Part shown: piece by piece, positions 29,477 through 40,319 of the stretch
Numbering within the stretch: position 1 is the stretch's first letter
Layout: each line of letters starts with the position of its first letter
DNA from: Candidatus Krumholzibacteriia bacterium
Lineage (GTDB): Bacteria > Krumholzibacteriota > Krumholzibacteriia > LZORAL124-64-63
Assembly (NCBI GenBank): GCA_050174015.1
Contig: JBFXKG010000003.1
Location: 64,001-128,000 of the forward strand
Reading direction: 5' to 3'
Length of the DNA: 64,000 bases
Notes under the pieces: model-generated
Databases searched by the model: none
What the model saw: only the letters and a program-made list of their open reading frames with translations
Told to the model about the DNA's origin: nothing
Position numbers and translations under genes: made by a program

Positions 29477-32400
29477 ATGTCGAAATCCCGTCAGGTCCTA
29501 TGGAGCCTCGTTCTGATCTCGCTGCTCTGCCTTTGCGGCGGAGCAGGAGCGGCCGTCGCACCCGGGTATGATTACGTCCCGGGTGAACTCATCATCAAAT
29601 TCAAGCCGCAGGTCCAGGAACCGGACAAGGGCGGCATCTTCGCACCGCTCGACGGCCGCAGGGTCAAGGACTTCACCTTCATCGGGGCCGAGCACTGGCA
29701 GATCAAGAGCGGCAGCGTGGAGAACGCAGTCGCCCTCCTGGAATCCGATCCCCGGGTCGAGTACGTCGAGCCGAACTACATCGTCTACGCCCTGGAGATC
29801 CCCAACGACGCGCGCTTCGGCGACCTCTGGGGCATGAACAACGACGGTGGCTTCACGGACCCCAGCGGCAACGTGGCCGTGGCCGACGCCGACATCGACG
29901 CCGTCGAGGCCTGGGACGTGTTCACCGGTTCGAGCAGCGTGCTCGTGGCCGTGATCGACACGGGCATCGACTACACTCACCCGGACCTCGTCGACAACGC
30001 CTGGACCAATCCCGGCGAGATCGCCGGCAACGGCATCGACGACGACGGCAACGGCTTCATCGACGACATCCACGGCTGGGACTTCGCCAACGGGGACAAC
30101 GACCCCATGGACGACAACGACCACGGCTCCCACTGCTCCGGCACCATCGGCGGCGTGGGCAACAACGCCCTGGGCGTGGCCGGCGTCAACTGGGACGTCT
30201 CGATCATGGGCCTGAAGTTCCTGACTTCAGGCGGCAGCGGCAGCACCGCCGACGCCATCAGCTGCATCGAGTACGCCACCATGATGGGCGTGGACGTCAT
30301 GAGCAACAGCTGGGGCGGGGGCCCCTACGACGCCGCCATGGAGGCCGCCATCGAGGCCGCCTACCTGGCCGACATCTTCTTCGTCGCCGCGGCCGGAAAC
30401 GACGGCACCGACAACGACGTCACCCCCCACTACCCGAGCAACTACACCAACGGCAACGTCATCTCGGTCATGGCCACCGACTGCACCGACAGCCCGGTCA
30501 ACGAGCCCGGCTGGTGGTCGACCTGCTACGGCGCCACCACCGTCGACGTCGCCGCCCCCGGTCTGCACATCTGGTCCACCACTCCGGGCAACACCTACCA
30601 GGACTTCTCGGGCACCTCGATGGCCACGCCGCACGTCTCGGGCGCCATGGCCATGCTGCGCGGCCGCTTCCCCGGCATCTCGGTGGACGACGGCAAGAAC
30701 CTGCTGATGACCATCGGCAACGATCCGCTGCCCTCCCTGAGCGGATTGTGCGTCACCGGCGCCCGCCTGAACCTGCTGAAGCTCATCGCCGACCCGGACA
30801 CCATCCCGCCCAGCGACGTGATCGACCTGGCCGCAGCGGACGTGGCCTCCAACTGGGTGCGGCTGCAGTGGACGGCCCCCGGGGACGACGGCGCCACCGG
30901 GACCACCAGCAGCTACGACATGCGGTATGCGTCGACTCCCATCCTGACGGAGACCGACTGGGACGCCGCCACCACCGTGACGGGGGAACCCGATCCCGCG
31001 GTCTACGGGACGACCGAGACCATGCAGGTGAACGGTCTGGACGTGCTGACAACCTATTACTTCGGCATCCGCGCCAAGGACGAATACGGCAACCTGGGCG
31101 GCCTGTCCAACTCGCCTGCAGCCACCACCCTCGGCCCCCCGAGCATCGCGGTGGCTCCCACGTCCCTGTCGACCACCCTCGAGACCGGCGGCACGGACAC
31201 GCAGACCCTGACCATCAGCAACGTCGGGGACGGCGTGCTGGACTTCAGCATTCCCACCGCCGAGTACATCCTGCCGGCCAAGGCCCGCTTCGCAGCTGTG
31301 CCGGGGTTCGACTACCAGCCCCTGGCCAAGGGCGTCTCACCGGCCGGCCTGCCCCGGATCGCGGCCAAGGGCCTGGGCGGCCCCGACGCCTTCGGCTACA
31401 ACTGGCGCGACAGCGACGAGGCCGGCGGCCCGGCCTACAACTGGATCGAGATCTCGGCCCTGGGCACGGCCGTCAGCCTCAGCGACGACGCCAACAGCGG
31501 TCCGTATCCCATCGGCTTCCCCTTCTCCTTCTACGGGACCGATTACACCGAATTTAGGATCTGCTCCAACGGCTGGATCAGCTTCACGGACACCGGGAAC
31601 GACATGAGCAACGGCCCGTTGCCGTCGACCGGCGCCCCGCTGGCCATGCTGTCCCTGTTCTGGGACGACCTCGATCCCTCGTCCGGCGGCAACGTCTACT
31701 ACTACAACGACGGCACCCGGCTGATCGTGGAGTTCGCGGGCGTTCCCCACTACGACAGCGGCGGGGTCTACACGATGCAGGCCCACCTGTATCCCAACGG
31801 GGCCGTCGAGTACCACTACCAGAGCATGACCGCCATCAACGACAGCGGGACCATCGGCATCCAGAACGGGGACGGGACCGACGGGCTGACGGTCGTCTTC
31901 AACTCGGCCTACGTGCACGACGCCATGGCCGTGCGGTTCGCCGCCGTGACCCCGTGGCTGTCCACCAGCCCGGGCAGCGGCAGCGTCGCCGCGGGCGCCA
32001 GCGTGGACGTGGACGTGGTCTTCTCGGCCGGCGGGCTGTGCGGCAGCCACTTCGACGCCAACCTGCACGTCCTGAGCAACGACGCCCTGAATCCCGACGT
32101 CGTCGTCGCCGCAGGTCTGGATCTGATCGGAACCCCGGACATCGCGGTCGACCATGCGGCCCTGGACTTCGGTCCGGTCTACGTCACGGCCACGGGCAGC
32201 CTGGACTTGACGGTCTACAACAACGGCTGCGCCGACCTGACGGTGTCCGGCGTGACCAGCGACCACGGAGACTTCACGACCGACGCCGGGACGCCCTTCG
32301 TCCTGACCGCCGGCAGTTCCGCGGTCGTGACGGTGTCCTTCGCCCCCTCCGCGGCCGGCGCCATCGGCGGAAACCTGTCGATCGCCAGCGACGACGCCGA

Positions 32401-35068
32401 CACGCCCGTTCTGGTGGTGCCCCTGTCCGGCGTGGGCCTGGACTTCCCCGACATCGCCGTGGCTCCGGACTCGTTGACCGAAACCCTGCCCACTGGCGGG
32501 ACGGCCTCGCAGACGGTGACCATCACCAACAACGGGCTCGGCGACCTGAACTTCACCATTCCCGAGCCCGAGTACCTGTCCACCGCCAAGCGGAACGTCC
32601 ACCTCTCGAGCAACAGCAAGCCCATCGAACTGGCCAAGGACGCGGCCGACCCCCGCGTGGGCGCTCCGGTCCTGTTCGGCGCCGGGGGGCCCGACCTGTT
32701 CGGCTACCGGTGGCAGGACAGCGACGAACTCGGCGGCCCCAGCTACAACTGGGTCGAGATCAACGGGCTGGGCACGCAGATCGCGATGGCCGACGACGAC
32801 AACGAGGCCGGTCTGCCCATCGGGTTCACCTTCCCGCTCTACGGCAACGATTTCACGACGTTCAACGTCTGCTCCAACGGCTGGATCAGCTTCACCAGCA
32901 CCTCGACCGGCCTGACGAACTACGAGCTGCCGAGCACCAGCGCGCCCGAAAACATGCTCGCGCTGTTCCACGACGACCTGAATCCGTCCAGCACCGGCTG
33001 GATCGGGTACTACAACGACGGCCAGCGCCTGATCGTCGAGTACCAGGGCGTCCCCCGGTACAGCACCCTCGAGCTGTACACCATGCAGGTCCATCTGTAT
33101 CCCAGCGGGCGGATCGAGTACCACTATCAGACCATGCAGGCCGGACGCCTGAACGAGGCCACCATCGGTATCCAGAACGGCGACGGCACCGACGGCCTGA
33201 CCGTGGCCTTCAACGCCCTGTACGTTCACGACGCCATGGCCATCCGCTTCCAGGCCCAGGAGCCCTGGCTGTCCGCCACGCCGGCCTCCGGCACGGTGGC
33301 TCCGGGCACGAGCCTGGACGTGACGGTGGGATTCGACGCCTCGGGCCTGTGCGGCGACCAGTACCTGGCCAACCTGCACGTCCTGAGCAACGACCCAGAC
33401 ACGCCGGACGCGGTGGTGCCCGTGGCCCTGAACCTGCTGGGCGAACCCGAAGCGGTGCTGGCTCCGGTCAGCCTGGACTTCGGCGCCGTGCAGCTGACCC
33501 AGTCGGCCGTGCTGGCGGTCGGCCTGGGGAACAACGGTTGCGCCACCCTGGAGGTCAGCGACCTGGTCATCGACAACCCGGTGTTCACGGTGGATGCGGT
33601 CGCCCCGTTCAGCGTGGCCCCGGGCTCGGGCGCGACCTTGAACGTGACCTTCACGCCCGCGGACACGGACACCGCCCTCGGCGTGATGACCCTGACCACC
33701 AACGATCCGCTGGAGCCGGTGCGGACCGTGACCCTGCTGGGCGTCGGCCAGGCCATCGGCCAGGTCAGCGTCACCCCGGTGCCCATGGAGGAGCGGGTGC
33801 AGATCGGCGGGACCAGGACCGCCGTCATGACGATCAGCAATTCCGGCGGCGGCGATCTCGACTTCAGCATCCCCTCGCCGGTGATGTACGACAAGCTGGT
33901 GGCCGAGATGGGCGATCTGACGCCTCCGCCTTTCGTGGAGCAGCCCAAGGACAAGGCCGACGACGGGTTCGGCGTCATGCCCCTGGGCAGCGGCGGGCCC
34001 GACGCCTACGGCTACCAGTGGATGGACAGCGACGAGACCGGCGGGCCGGCCTTCGCCTGGGTCGACATCAGCGCGACCGGGACCGTGGCCATGTCCAGCG
34101 GGGACGACTCGAACCTCGGGCCGTTCCCCATCGGGTTCACCTTCAACTTCTACGGCACGGACTTCACCACCTTCAGGGTGTGCTCCAACGGGTTCCTGAC
34201 CTTCGACAGCACCCTGACGGCCTACACGAACCAGCCGTTGCCCTACGCCAGCGGGCCGACCAACCTGATCGCGCCCTTCTGGGACGACCTGAACCTCACC
34301 AACGGGGGGACGATCTACTACGAGATCGTGGGCGGGGACCTGGTCGTGATGTTCGACGAGGTCATGCCTTACGGCAGCAGCAGCGGGACCGGTCCGTTCA
34401 CTTACGAGATCATCCTGTCGCCCTCGGGCAAGATCACCCTGCAGTACCTCAGCCTGGTGGGATCCCCGGCGAGCTACACCGTGGGCATCCAGGACGGAAC
34501 CCGGACCGTGGGTCTGAACATCGCCTACAACACCCCGTACCTGCACGACAACATGGCGATCGAGATCCGCGGCGCCCTGAACTGGCTGTCCTGCAGCCCG
34601 TCCTCGGGGACCGTGCCCGCCGGCGGCAGCATCGACGTCGACGTGAACTTCGACGCCGCCGACATGGACCTGGGCTTCCACGACGGCCTGCTCGTGGTCC
34701 AGACCGACGATCCGTTGACTCCCGAAGTCCAGGTGCCCGTGACCATGGAGGTCGTGGACCTGTCCGGCGTGGAGCAGCGGGATCTGCCGCGGGCGACGGT
34801 GCTCGACCAGAACGCGCCCAACCCGTTCAATCCCCAGACGAACATCAAGTTCGCCCTGCCGCAGGCCGCCCACGTCGAGCTGAAGGTCTACGACGTGCGC
34901 GGGGCCCTGTTGCGGACCCTGGTCTCGGGTCACCTCGAGGCCGGCTATCACACCTCGGTCTGGCGCGGCAAGGACGACCACGGCAAGCAGGCTCCTTCGG
35001 GGGTCTACTTCTACCGTCTGGAAGCCGACGGCAAGCTGATGACCAGGCGGATGACGATGATCAAGTGA
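29477..35068 (+). CDS. Large secreted S8 subtilase with FN3-like domain, three nidogen-like/Ig repeat modules and FlgD-Ig tail
   Basis: VIDTG, HGSHCSG, AAAGN, GTSMATP triad motifs; GGAGG RBS before ATG 29477. Confidence 0.9.
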   Translation: MSKSRQVLWSLVLISLLCLCGGAGAAVAPGYDYVPGELIIKFKPQVQEPDKGGIFAPLDGRRVKDFTFIGAEHWQIKSGSVENAVALLESDPRVEYVEPNYIVYALEIPNDARFGDLWGMNNDGGFTDPSGNVAVADADIDAVEAWDVFTGSSSVLVAVIDTGIDYTHPDLVDNAWTNPGEIAGNGIDDDGNGFIDDIHGWDFANGDNDPMDDNDHGSHCSGTIGGVGNNALGVAGVNWDVSIMGLKFLTSGGSGSTADAISCIEYATMMGVDVMSNSWGGGPYDAAMEAAIEAAYLADIFFVAAAGNDGTDNDVTPHYPSNYTNGNVISVMATDCTDSPVNEPGWWSTCYGATTVDVAAPGLHIWSTTPGNTYQDFSGTSMATPHVSGAMAMLRGRFPGISVDDGKNLLMTIGNDPLPSLSGLCVTGARLNLLKLIADPDTIPPSDVIDLAAADVASNWVRLQWTAPGDDGATGTTSSYDMRYASTPILTETDWDAATTVTGEPDPAVYGTTETMQVNGLDVLTTYYFGIRAKDEYGNLGGLSNSPAATTLGPPSIAVAPTSLSTTLETGGTDTQTLTISNVGDGVLDFSIPTAEYILPAKARFAAVPGFDYQPLAKGVSPAGLPRIAAKGLGGPDAFGYNWRDSDEAGGPAYNWIEISALGTAVSLSDDANSGPYPIGFPFSFYGTDYTEFRICSNGWISFTDTGNDMSNGPLPSTGAPLAMLSLFWDDLDPSSGGNVYYYNDGTRLIVEFAGVPHYDSGGVYTMQAHLYPNGAVEYHYQSMTAINDSGTIGIQNGDGTDGLTVVFNSAYVHDAMAVRFAAVTPWLSTSPGSGSVAAGASVDVDVVFSAGGLCGSHFDANLHVLSNDALNPDVVVAAGLDLIGTPDIAVDHAALDFGPVYVTATGSLDLTVYNNGCADLTVSGVTSDHGDFTTDAGTPFVLTAGSSAVVTVSFAPSAAGAIGGNLSIASDDADTPVLVVPLSGVGLDFPDIAVAPDSLTETLPTGGTASQTVTITNNGLGDLNFTIPEPEYLSTAKRNVHLSSNSKPIELAKDAADPRVGAPVLFGAGGPDLFGYRWQDSDELGGPSYNWVEINGLGTQIAMADDDNEAGLPIGFTFPLYGNDFTTFNVCSNGWISFTSTSTGLTNYELPSTSAPENMLALFHDDLNPSSTGWIGYYNDGQRLIVEYQGVPRYSTLELYTMQVHLYPSGRIEYHYQTMQAGRLNEATIGIQNGDGTDGLTVAFNALYVHDAMAIRFQAQEPWLSATPASGTVAPGTSLDVTVGFDASGLCGDQYLANLHVLSNDPDTPDAVVPVALNLLGEPEAVLAPVSLDFGAVQLTQSAVLAVGLGNNGCATLEVSDLVIDNPVFTVDAVAPFSVAPGSGATLNVTFTPADTDTALGVMTLTTNDPLEPVRTVTLLGVGQAIGQVSVTPVPMEERVQIGGTRTAVMTISNSGGGDLDFSIPSPVMYDKLVAEMGDLTPPPFVEQPKDKADDGFGVMPLGSGGPDAYGYQWMDSDETGGPAFAWVDISATGTVAMSSGDDSNLGPFPIGFTFNFYGTDFTTFRVCSNGFLTFDSTLTAYTNQPLPYASGPTNLIAPFWDDLNLTNGGTIYYEIVGGDLVVMFDEVMPYGSSSGTGPFTYEIILSPSGKITLQYLSLVGSPASYTVGIQDGTRTVGLNIAYNTPYLHDNMAIEIRGALNWLSCSPSSGTVPAGGSIDVDVNFDAADMDLGFHDGLLVVQTDDPLTPEVQVPVTMEVVDLSGVEQRDLPRATVLDQNAPNPFNPQTNIKFALPQAAHVELKVYDVRGALLRTLVSGHLEAGYHTSVWRGKDDHGKQAPSGVYFYRLEADGKLMTRRMTMIK
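31376..34755 (+). repeat. Three intragenic repeats starting GGPD.(F/Y)GY.W.DSDE.GGP with a period of exactly 1308 nt
   Basis: Motif starts at 31376, 32684 and 33992. Confidence 0.85.
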
Positions 35069-35098
35069 TCACCCGCCCGTAAGGATGACTGGATGGAA

Positions 35099-35128
35099 GA
35101 CCGCCGGACCCGCGAGGGTCCGGCGGTC
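35099..35128. terminator. Hairpin between convergent genes (possible bidirectional terminator)
   Basis: 13-bp perfect stem GACCGCCGGACCC-GCGA-GGGTCCGGCGGTC; no clear U-tract. Confidence 0.6.
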
Positions 35129-35156
35129 GTCTATCCGCCAGGGAAGAGGGGAAGGG

Positions 35157-36641
35157 TCAGCTGCCGGCCAGGTCCGCCAATCGGTGCTGCAGGCTCTGGA
35201 CCTGAAGCAGCAGGGGGAAGTCGGGATCGGCCCGGGCCAGCACTGCCGCCGCCCGATCCAGCAATCCGGCGGCGTCCTGGAAACGGTCCAGCATCAGGCA
35301 GGCCTCCGCCGCGGTGACCAGGGCCCGGGGATGGTTGGGATTCAGGGCGAAGATCTCCCCGGCCTGCCCGAGAGCTTCCTCGGGGCGGCCGGCCGCCAGC
35401 AGGCAGATGCCGAACTGCTCCCTCAGCGGGACCAGGTCGTGGGTTTGCTGCCGGCCGGCGTGGAGGCCGAGGGCGCGGCTCCAGTGGGCTGCCGCCTCGT
35501 CGTACAGGCCGAGGTTGCCGGCGATCAGGGCGCGGAACTCGTGTTCGAGGGCTTCGAGCCGGGCCAGGCCGGCGGGCTTGTCATGGTACCGGGCCTGTCG
35601 CCGCCAGTCGCCGAGGAAGGAATCCACGACCGCGGCCGCCAGGCCGGGGTCGGACGAGACGGCGAGCCTCATGCCGCGGAAAAGCAGGGCTTTGGGGTGG
35701 CGGGGATACAGGACGATGAACTCGGCCGAAGCATGGTCGAGTTCGTCCCAGAGCTGATGGGCGTAGTAGGACCCCACCGCGAATTCCCTCACCTGGGCCT
35801 CGAAGGCGGTTCCGGCCATCTGCCGGCCGATCTCCGCGAGCAGGCCGGTCCCCTTTGCGACCTGGCCCTGCGCCAGGTACACCCGGGTCAGGTTCAGCAG
35901 GGAGGGCAGGTAGTCCGCCTGCAGCGAAAGGGCCTTCACCAGCTGTTCCTCGGCCTCGGGATACCGTCCCAGCTCGGTCAGGACCTCGCCCAGGGAGTCG
36001 TAGGGATTGGCGGCATCCGGGGCGAGGAAGGCGTACCGCTGCAGCATGTCCAGGGCCTCGGTGAACTCCCCGCGGTAGAAGTGGAGGTAGCCCAGCTCGT
36101 TGTAAGCCAGGGCGAAGTTGGGATGATCCCGGAGGATCCGGCGGTAGTGGCGGGCTGCCGCCTCGGGGTCGTCGGCGCGCTTGGCCTGGTTCGCCAGGCC
36201 CGTCAGCAGGATCAGGTTGTCGGGCGCGGCCTTCTGCAGGGACTCCAGCAATGAGTCCCTGGCGGCGACCCACTGCTTGCAGCCGTTGTCCGCCAGGCGC
36301 AGCTGGATGGTCATGCGCTCGACGGGATGGGGCACGTCCGGGACGAGGGCCGAGGCCAGGTCGGCGAGGGAATCGGCAGCGGCCTTGCGGCCCTGCCTGG
36401 CGTACCCCTCGGAGAGGGCGGCGGCGGCCATGGCGAATCCGGGGTCCAGGGTCAGGGCCTTTTCGAGCTTGGCGACCCCGGCGGCGAACTGGAAGGCCGT
36501 CAGGTGGTCATCGCCCTGCCGGTAAAGGGTATACGCCTCGGCGCTGGAGGTGCTCAGGGGAATGCGGTTGTGGACGGCGATTCCCCATCCGAGGAGGATG
36601 ACGAGGGCCAGGGGGGCCAGGAATTTCAGGACCTTGACCAA
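35157..36641 (-). CDS. Membrane-anchored TPR protein
   Basis: N-terminal TM segment; TPR motifs (LDPGFAMA, AYNELGY, NPYDSLGE). Confidence 0.8.
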   Translation of the reverse strand: MVKVLKFLAPLALVILLGWGIAVHNRIPLSTSSAEAYTLYRQGDDHLTAFQFAAGVAKLEKALTLDPGFAMAAAALSEGYARQGRKAAADSLADLASALVPDVPHPVERMTIQLRLADNGCKQWVAARDSLLESLQKAAPDNLILLTGLANQAKRADDPEAAARHYRRILRDHPNFALAYNELGYLHFYRGEFTEALDMLQRYAFLAPDAANPYDSLGEVLTELGRYPEAEEQLVKALSLQADYLPSLLNLTRVYLAQGQVAKGTGLLAEIGRQMAGTAFEAQVREFAVGSYYAHQLWDELDHASAEFIVLYPRHPKALLFRGMRLAVSSDPGLAAAVVDSFLGDWRRQARYHDKPAGLARLEALEHEFRALIAGNLGLYDEAAAHWSRALGLHAGRQQTHDLVPLREQFGICLLAAGRPEEALGQAGEIFALNPNHPRALVTAAEACLMLDRFQDAAGLLDRAAAVLARADPDFPLLLQVQSLQHRLADLAGS

Positions 36642-36817
36642 AGAGGCGCTCCAGGGCGAATCCGGATGGGAATGTCGCGAACAAGGGCCTGAGAAGGTAC
36701 GGAATTATCGCGTGCAGGTTGCGAGTGAATACCCCTGATTTCCAATTGGGATTAATGGTAGGATGGAGTTGATCGCCCGATTTCAGCACGGGTTTTTCGA
36801 CCCGAGAAAGGACTCGC

Positions 36818-38368
36818 ATGATCGAGCGGTTATCCCGTTTCCCTGCCCGGCGCTGGTTGGTCCTGGGTTTGACCCTGATCCTGGCCGGATGCACCGCCCG
36901 GGTCGTCAAGCGGGAGTGGGTCCCCTTCGAAGATCTCCATTCCCTGGACGGCCGCGCGCCGTTCCTCAAGGCCCACCTGCACGGCGGCCAGCTCATCGTC
37001 CTGGAGGACTGGGCGGTCCAGGACGAGGCGCGCACGGTCACGGGCCGGGGCGTCAGGTACGGCCTCGCCCGGCAGGTGATCGCAGAAGGCCCCATGACGG
37101 TGGCGGTGGACTCCGTCGCCATCTTCGAATCGAACGTGATCCACACGACCGGCTCCATCGCGCCCCTGGCGGTCATCACCGTCGCCTCGGCTGCCCTCAC
37201 GGTCTATTGCCTGTCCAATCCCAAGGCGTGCTTCGGATCCTGTCCGACCTTCTACGCCGATGGCGAGGAGGGATCCATCCTCCAGGCCGAAGGTTTTTCC
37301 GCCAGCGTGGCGCCCGCCCTGGAGGCTGACGACGTCGACGCCCTGTACCGGGCCCGCACGGAGGGACGCCGGTTCACGCTGAAGATGACCAACGAGGCCC
37401 TGGAAACGCACGTCGTTCGGCAGGCCGATCTGCTGGTCGCCCCGCGTCCCGAAGGCGGACGGGTCTTCCAGGCGGGAAGGAACCGGTTCCTGGCGGCGAC
37501 CGGCTTGACACCGCCACGGACTGCCACCGGTCCTGAAGGAGATTGCCTCGACAGGCTCGTCGCATACGATGGATCCGAGAGGTTCAGCGCCGCCGATTCG
37601 GTGGATCTTGCGGGGCGGGAGACCCTGGACCTGACCTTCGCGGTGGCCCGGCCCGGTCCCAAGGGTCTGGTGATCGTCTCGCGCCAGTCCCTCCTGAGCA
37701 CCTACCTCTTCTATCAGGGCCTGGCGTTCCTCGGGGAGCAGGCGGCAGGCGCCCTGGTCAAGGCCGAGCAGGTGCTCGAACCGGAACCTGGCAAGACCAC
37801 GATCGGGGGCCTGCTGGGCCGGATCGAGGTGGCCTGCCTCGGGCCCGACGGAACCCGGTCTCCCGCCGGATCGGCTGGAGAGACGGGACCGCTGGCAACC
37901 AACGTCCACCTGGTGGAGCTGGGCAGGCAGGAACCCGGTGAGCTGGACGTCCGGCTCCAGCTGGCGAAGGGGCACTGGCGGATCGATCAGGTCATGCTCG
38001 TCGATCTGGAGGGAGAGGTGGCCCCGGTCCGTCTCCGGCCTCGCCGGGTGGTGTCGGGCGGAAGGGACGACCCCGAGGCCCTCGCCAAGCTCCTGGATCC
38101 GGAGGGGATCCTGGTCACCTTCCCGGGCGACTCCTACGACATCACCTATGACCTGCCGGCCGTCGAATACGGCCACGAACTGTTCCTGCACAGCCGCGGT
38201 TACTACCTGGAGTGGATGAGGCAGGAGTGGATGACCGAGGAGGATCCGGCCCGGGCGGCCATGCTGCTGCTCGCGCCGGGTGCGGCGCTCAGGGCGCTGG
38301 CTCCGGAATTCAAGGCAATGGAACCCGACATGGAGGCACAGTTCTGGGGGAGCCGCTATGCGCGCTAG
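36818..38368 (+). CDS. Conserved hypothetical lipoprotein
   Basis: LAGC lipobox; 'CFGSCPTFY' and 'SRGYYLEW' motifs; AAAGGA RBS. Confidence 0.75.
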   Translation: MIERLSRFPARRWLVLGLTLILAGCTARVVKREWVPFEDLHSLDGRAPFLKAHLHGGQLIVLEDWAVQDEARTVTGRGVRYGLARQVIAEGPMTVAVDSVAIFESNVIHTTGSIAPLAVITVASAALTVYCLSNPKACFGSCPTFYADGEEGSILQAEGFSASVAPALEADDVDALYRARTEGRRFTLKMTNEALETHVVRQADLLVAPRPEGGRVFQAGRNRFLAATGLTPPRTATGPEGDCLDRLVAYDGSERFSAADSVDLAGRETLDLTFAVARPGPKGLVIVSRQSLLSTYLFYQGLAFLGEQAAGALVKAEQVLEPEPGKTTIGGLLGRIEVACLGPDGTRSPAGSAGETGPLATNVHLVELGRQEPGELDVRLQLAKGHWRIDQVMLVDLEGEVAPVRLRPRRVVSGGRDDPEALAKLLDPEGILVTFPGDSYDITYDLPAVEYGHELFLHSRGYYLEWMRQEWMTEEDPARAAMLLLAPGAALRALAPEFKAMEPDMEAQFWGSRYAR

Positions 38369-38942
38369 GATCTTCGGCCTTGCTCTCGCCCTCCTCGCCC
38401 TCGCCGGTTCAGGCGGGTGCGGATCGGCGTTCACCGATCCGCCCCGGGACTGGCTTCCCCCACCGCCTTCGGCGCAGAGCGACGTCTATGGCGGCTGGAT
38501 CAGCATCGTGCCCGCGGAAGGCCGGGGACGGCTGGTGGGAGAGTTCATCGCCGTCGATCCGGACAGCGTCTACGTCCTGAACGGCTGGGGATTGCAGGCC
38601 ATTGCCAGGGAGAGGGTGCGGAAGGCCAGGGTCTCGGGTTACCAGAAGGACGGGGGACTCTCCAACTGGACCGCCCTGGGCACCACCTCCACCCTGTCCC
38701 ACGGGTACGGTCTGGTCCTCAGCCTGCCTCTCTGGATCATCGTGGGGACCGCCAGTTCAGGCGGTTACAGCAGGGAATGCAGCCTGGAATACCCCAGGGA
38801 ACCCTGGGAGGAGATGGCCGCGTTCGCCCGGTTCCCCCTGGGACCACCTGCAGGGATGCGCGAGATACGATTGGGAGAGAGGACGTTCCTCGACTGGGAC
38901 AAGCTGGCGTCGAGAAACCGGGAGGTGAAAACGCCCGAGTGA
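38358..38942 (+). CDS. Hypothetical lipoprotein
   Basis: Signal peptide ending GGC; overlaps the upstream stop; 'FARFPLG' motif. Confidence 0.7.
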   Translation: MRARIFGLALALLALAGSGGCGSAFTDPPRDWLPPPPSAQSDVYGGWISIVPAEGRGRLVGEFIAVDPDSVYVLNGWGLQAIARERVRKARVSGYQKDGGLSNWTALGTTSTLSHGYGLVLSLPLWIIVGTASSGGYSRECSLEYPREPWEEMAAFARFPLGPPAGMREIRLGERTFLDWDKLASRNREVKTPE

Positions 38943-39029
38943 TCCGGTTGACATCATCGCGGTTGCGGCTGGATCACGGGACCGGGTGCTGTTATCCTGA
39001 CGGTGGACGTCCATCCCGGGGGAATGGCC

Positions 39030-40319
39030 ATGGCCCACCGCACCGTGAAATCCGGCTACGACAGCTTCGTCGAGCGCCTGAACAAGGCGCCCCAGGGCGC
39101 ACCGCCGTCCCACCTTTTGAACCGGATCCTGGCGATGCTGATGAGCGAGCGGGAAGCCGGCCTGCTGGCCCTGCTGCCCATCAAGCCCTTCCGGGCGGCC
39201 CAGGCCGCCCGCGCCTGGAAACTGCCCGAGGCCGAGGCGAGAACCATCCTCGACACCCTGGCCTCCAGGGCCTTGCTGGTGGACATCGAGAAGAAGGGCG
39301 AACCGGTCTACGCCCTGCCGCCGCCCATGGCGGGCTTCTTCGAGTTCAGCCTCATGCGCACCCGCGGGGACATCGACCAGAAGGCCCTCAGCGAGCTCTT
39401 CCACGAGTACCTGAACGTGGAGGAGGACTTCGTCAAGGCCCTGTTCACCGAGGGTGAGACCCAGCTCGGCCGCGTCTTCTTCCAGGAACCCGTCCTGACC
39501 AGCGAGAGCGCGGCCCACGTCCTGGATTACGAACGCGCCAGCGAGGTGATCCGCACGGCTTCCCACATCGGCGTGGGGATGTGCTACTGCCGCCACAAGA
39601 TGCAGCACCTGGGGAAGGCGTGCGACGCGCCCATGGACATCTGCATGACGTTCAACGGTTCGGCCGAATCGCTGACCAAGCACGGGCACGCGAGGGCCAT
39701 CGACGCCCATGAATGCCTGGACCTGCTGGACCTCGCCTACGAGCGCGGCCTGGTCCAGTTCGGCGAAAACGTCCAGAAACGGGTGAACTTCATCTGCAAC
39801 TGCTGCGGATGCTGCTGCGAGGCGATGATCGCCCAGCGGCGCTTCTCCCACCTGCATCCGATCCACACGAGCAACTTCCTGCCGGAAGTGGCCGCCGCCG
39901 ACTGCAACGGCTGCGGCAAGTGCGTCAGCGCCTGTCCGGTGGAGGCCCTTTCCCTGGTGTCGACCAACGACCCCCAGCGGCCGAAGGCCAAGGCGGCCCG
40001 GCTGGACCCCGAGCTGTGCCTGGGCTGCGGGGTCTGCGTCCGGGCGTGCACCAGGGATTGCATCGAGCTGAAACCGAGGGCGGCCCGGGTGATCACCCCC
40101 CTGACCAACGCCCACCGCTACGTGATGATGGCGGTCGAGCGGGGCAAGCTGCAGGACCTGATCTTCGACAACCAGGTGATGGCGAGCCACCGCCTGCTGG
40201 CGGCCCTGCTGGGGTCGGTCCTCAAGCTGCCGCCGGTCAAGCGCGCCATGGCCGGCAAGCAGTTGCAGTCGCGCTACCTGGAGGCCTTGCTGGGCCGATC
40301 GTCCAAAGGGACGGTGTAG
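39030..40319 (+). CDS. 4Fe-4S dicluster domain protein
   Basis: CYCRH, ICNCCGCCC, CNGCGKCVSACP, CLGCGVCVRAC. Confidence 0.85.
   Translation: MAHRTVKSGYDSFVERLNKAPQGAPPSHLLNRILAMLMSEREAGLLALLPIKPFRAAQAARAWKLPEAEARTILDTLASRALLVDIEKKGEPVYALPPPMAGFFEFSLMRTRGDIDQKALSELFHEYLNVEEDFVKALFTEGETQLGRVFFQEPVLTSESAAHVLDYERASEVIRTASHIGVGMCYCRHKMQHLGKACDAPMDICMTFNGSAESLTKHGHARAIDAHECLDLLDLAYERGLVQFGENVQKRVNFICNCCGCCCEAMIAQRRFSHLHPIHTSNFLPEVAAADCNGCGKCVSACPVEALSLVSTNDPQRPKAKAARLDPELCLGCGVCVRACTRDCIELKPRAARVITPLTNAHRYVMMAVERGKLQDLIFDNQVMASHRLLAALLGSVLKLPPVKRAMAGKQLQSRYLEALLGRSSKGTV

Noticed and set aside
21401..34981. Very long antisense or alternate-frame ORFs (e.g. 21401..25681 -, 31337..34981 -, 31954..35082 +)
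   Set aside because: Shadow ORFs typical of high-GC coding DNA; they have no motifs and overlap well-supported genes.
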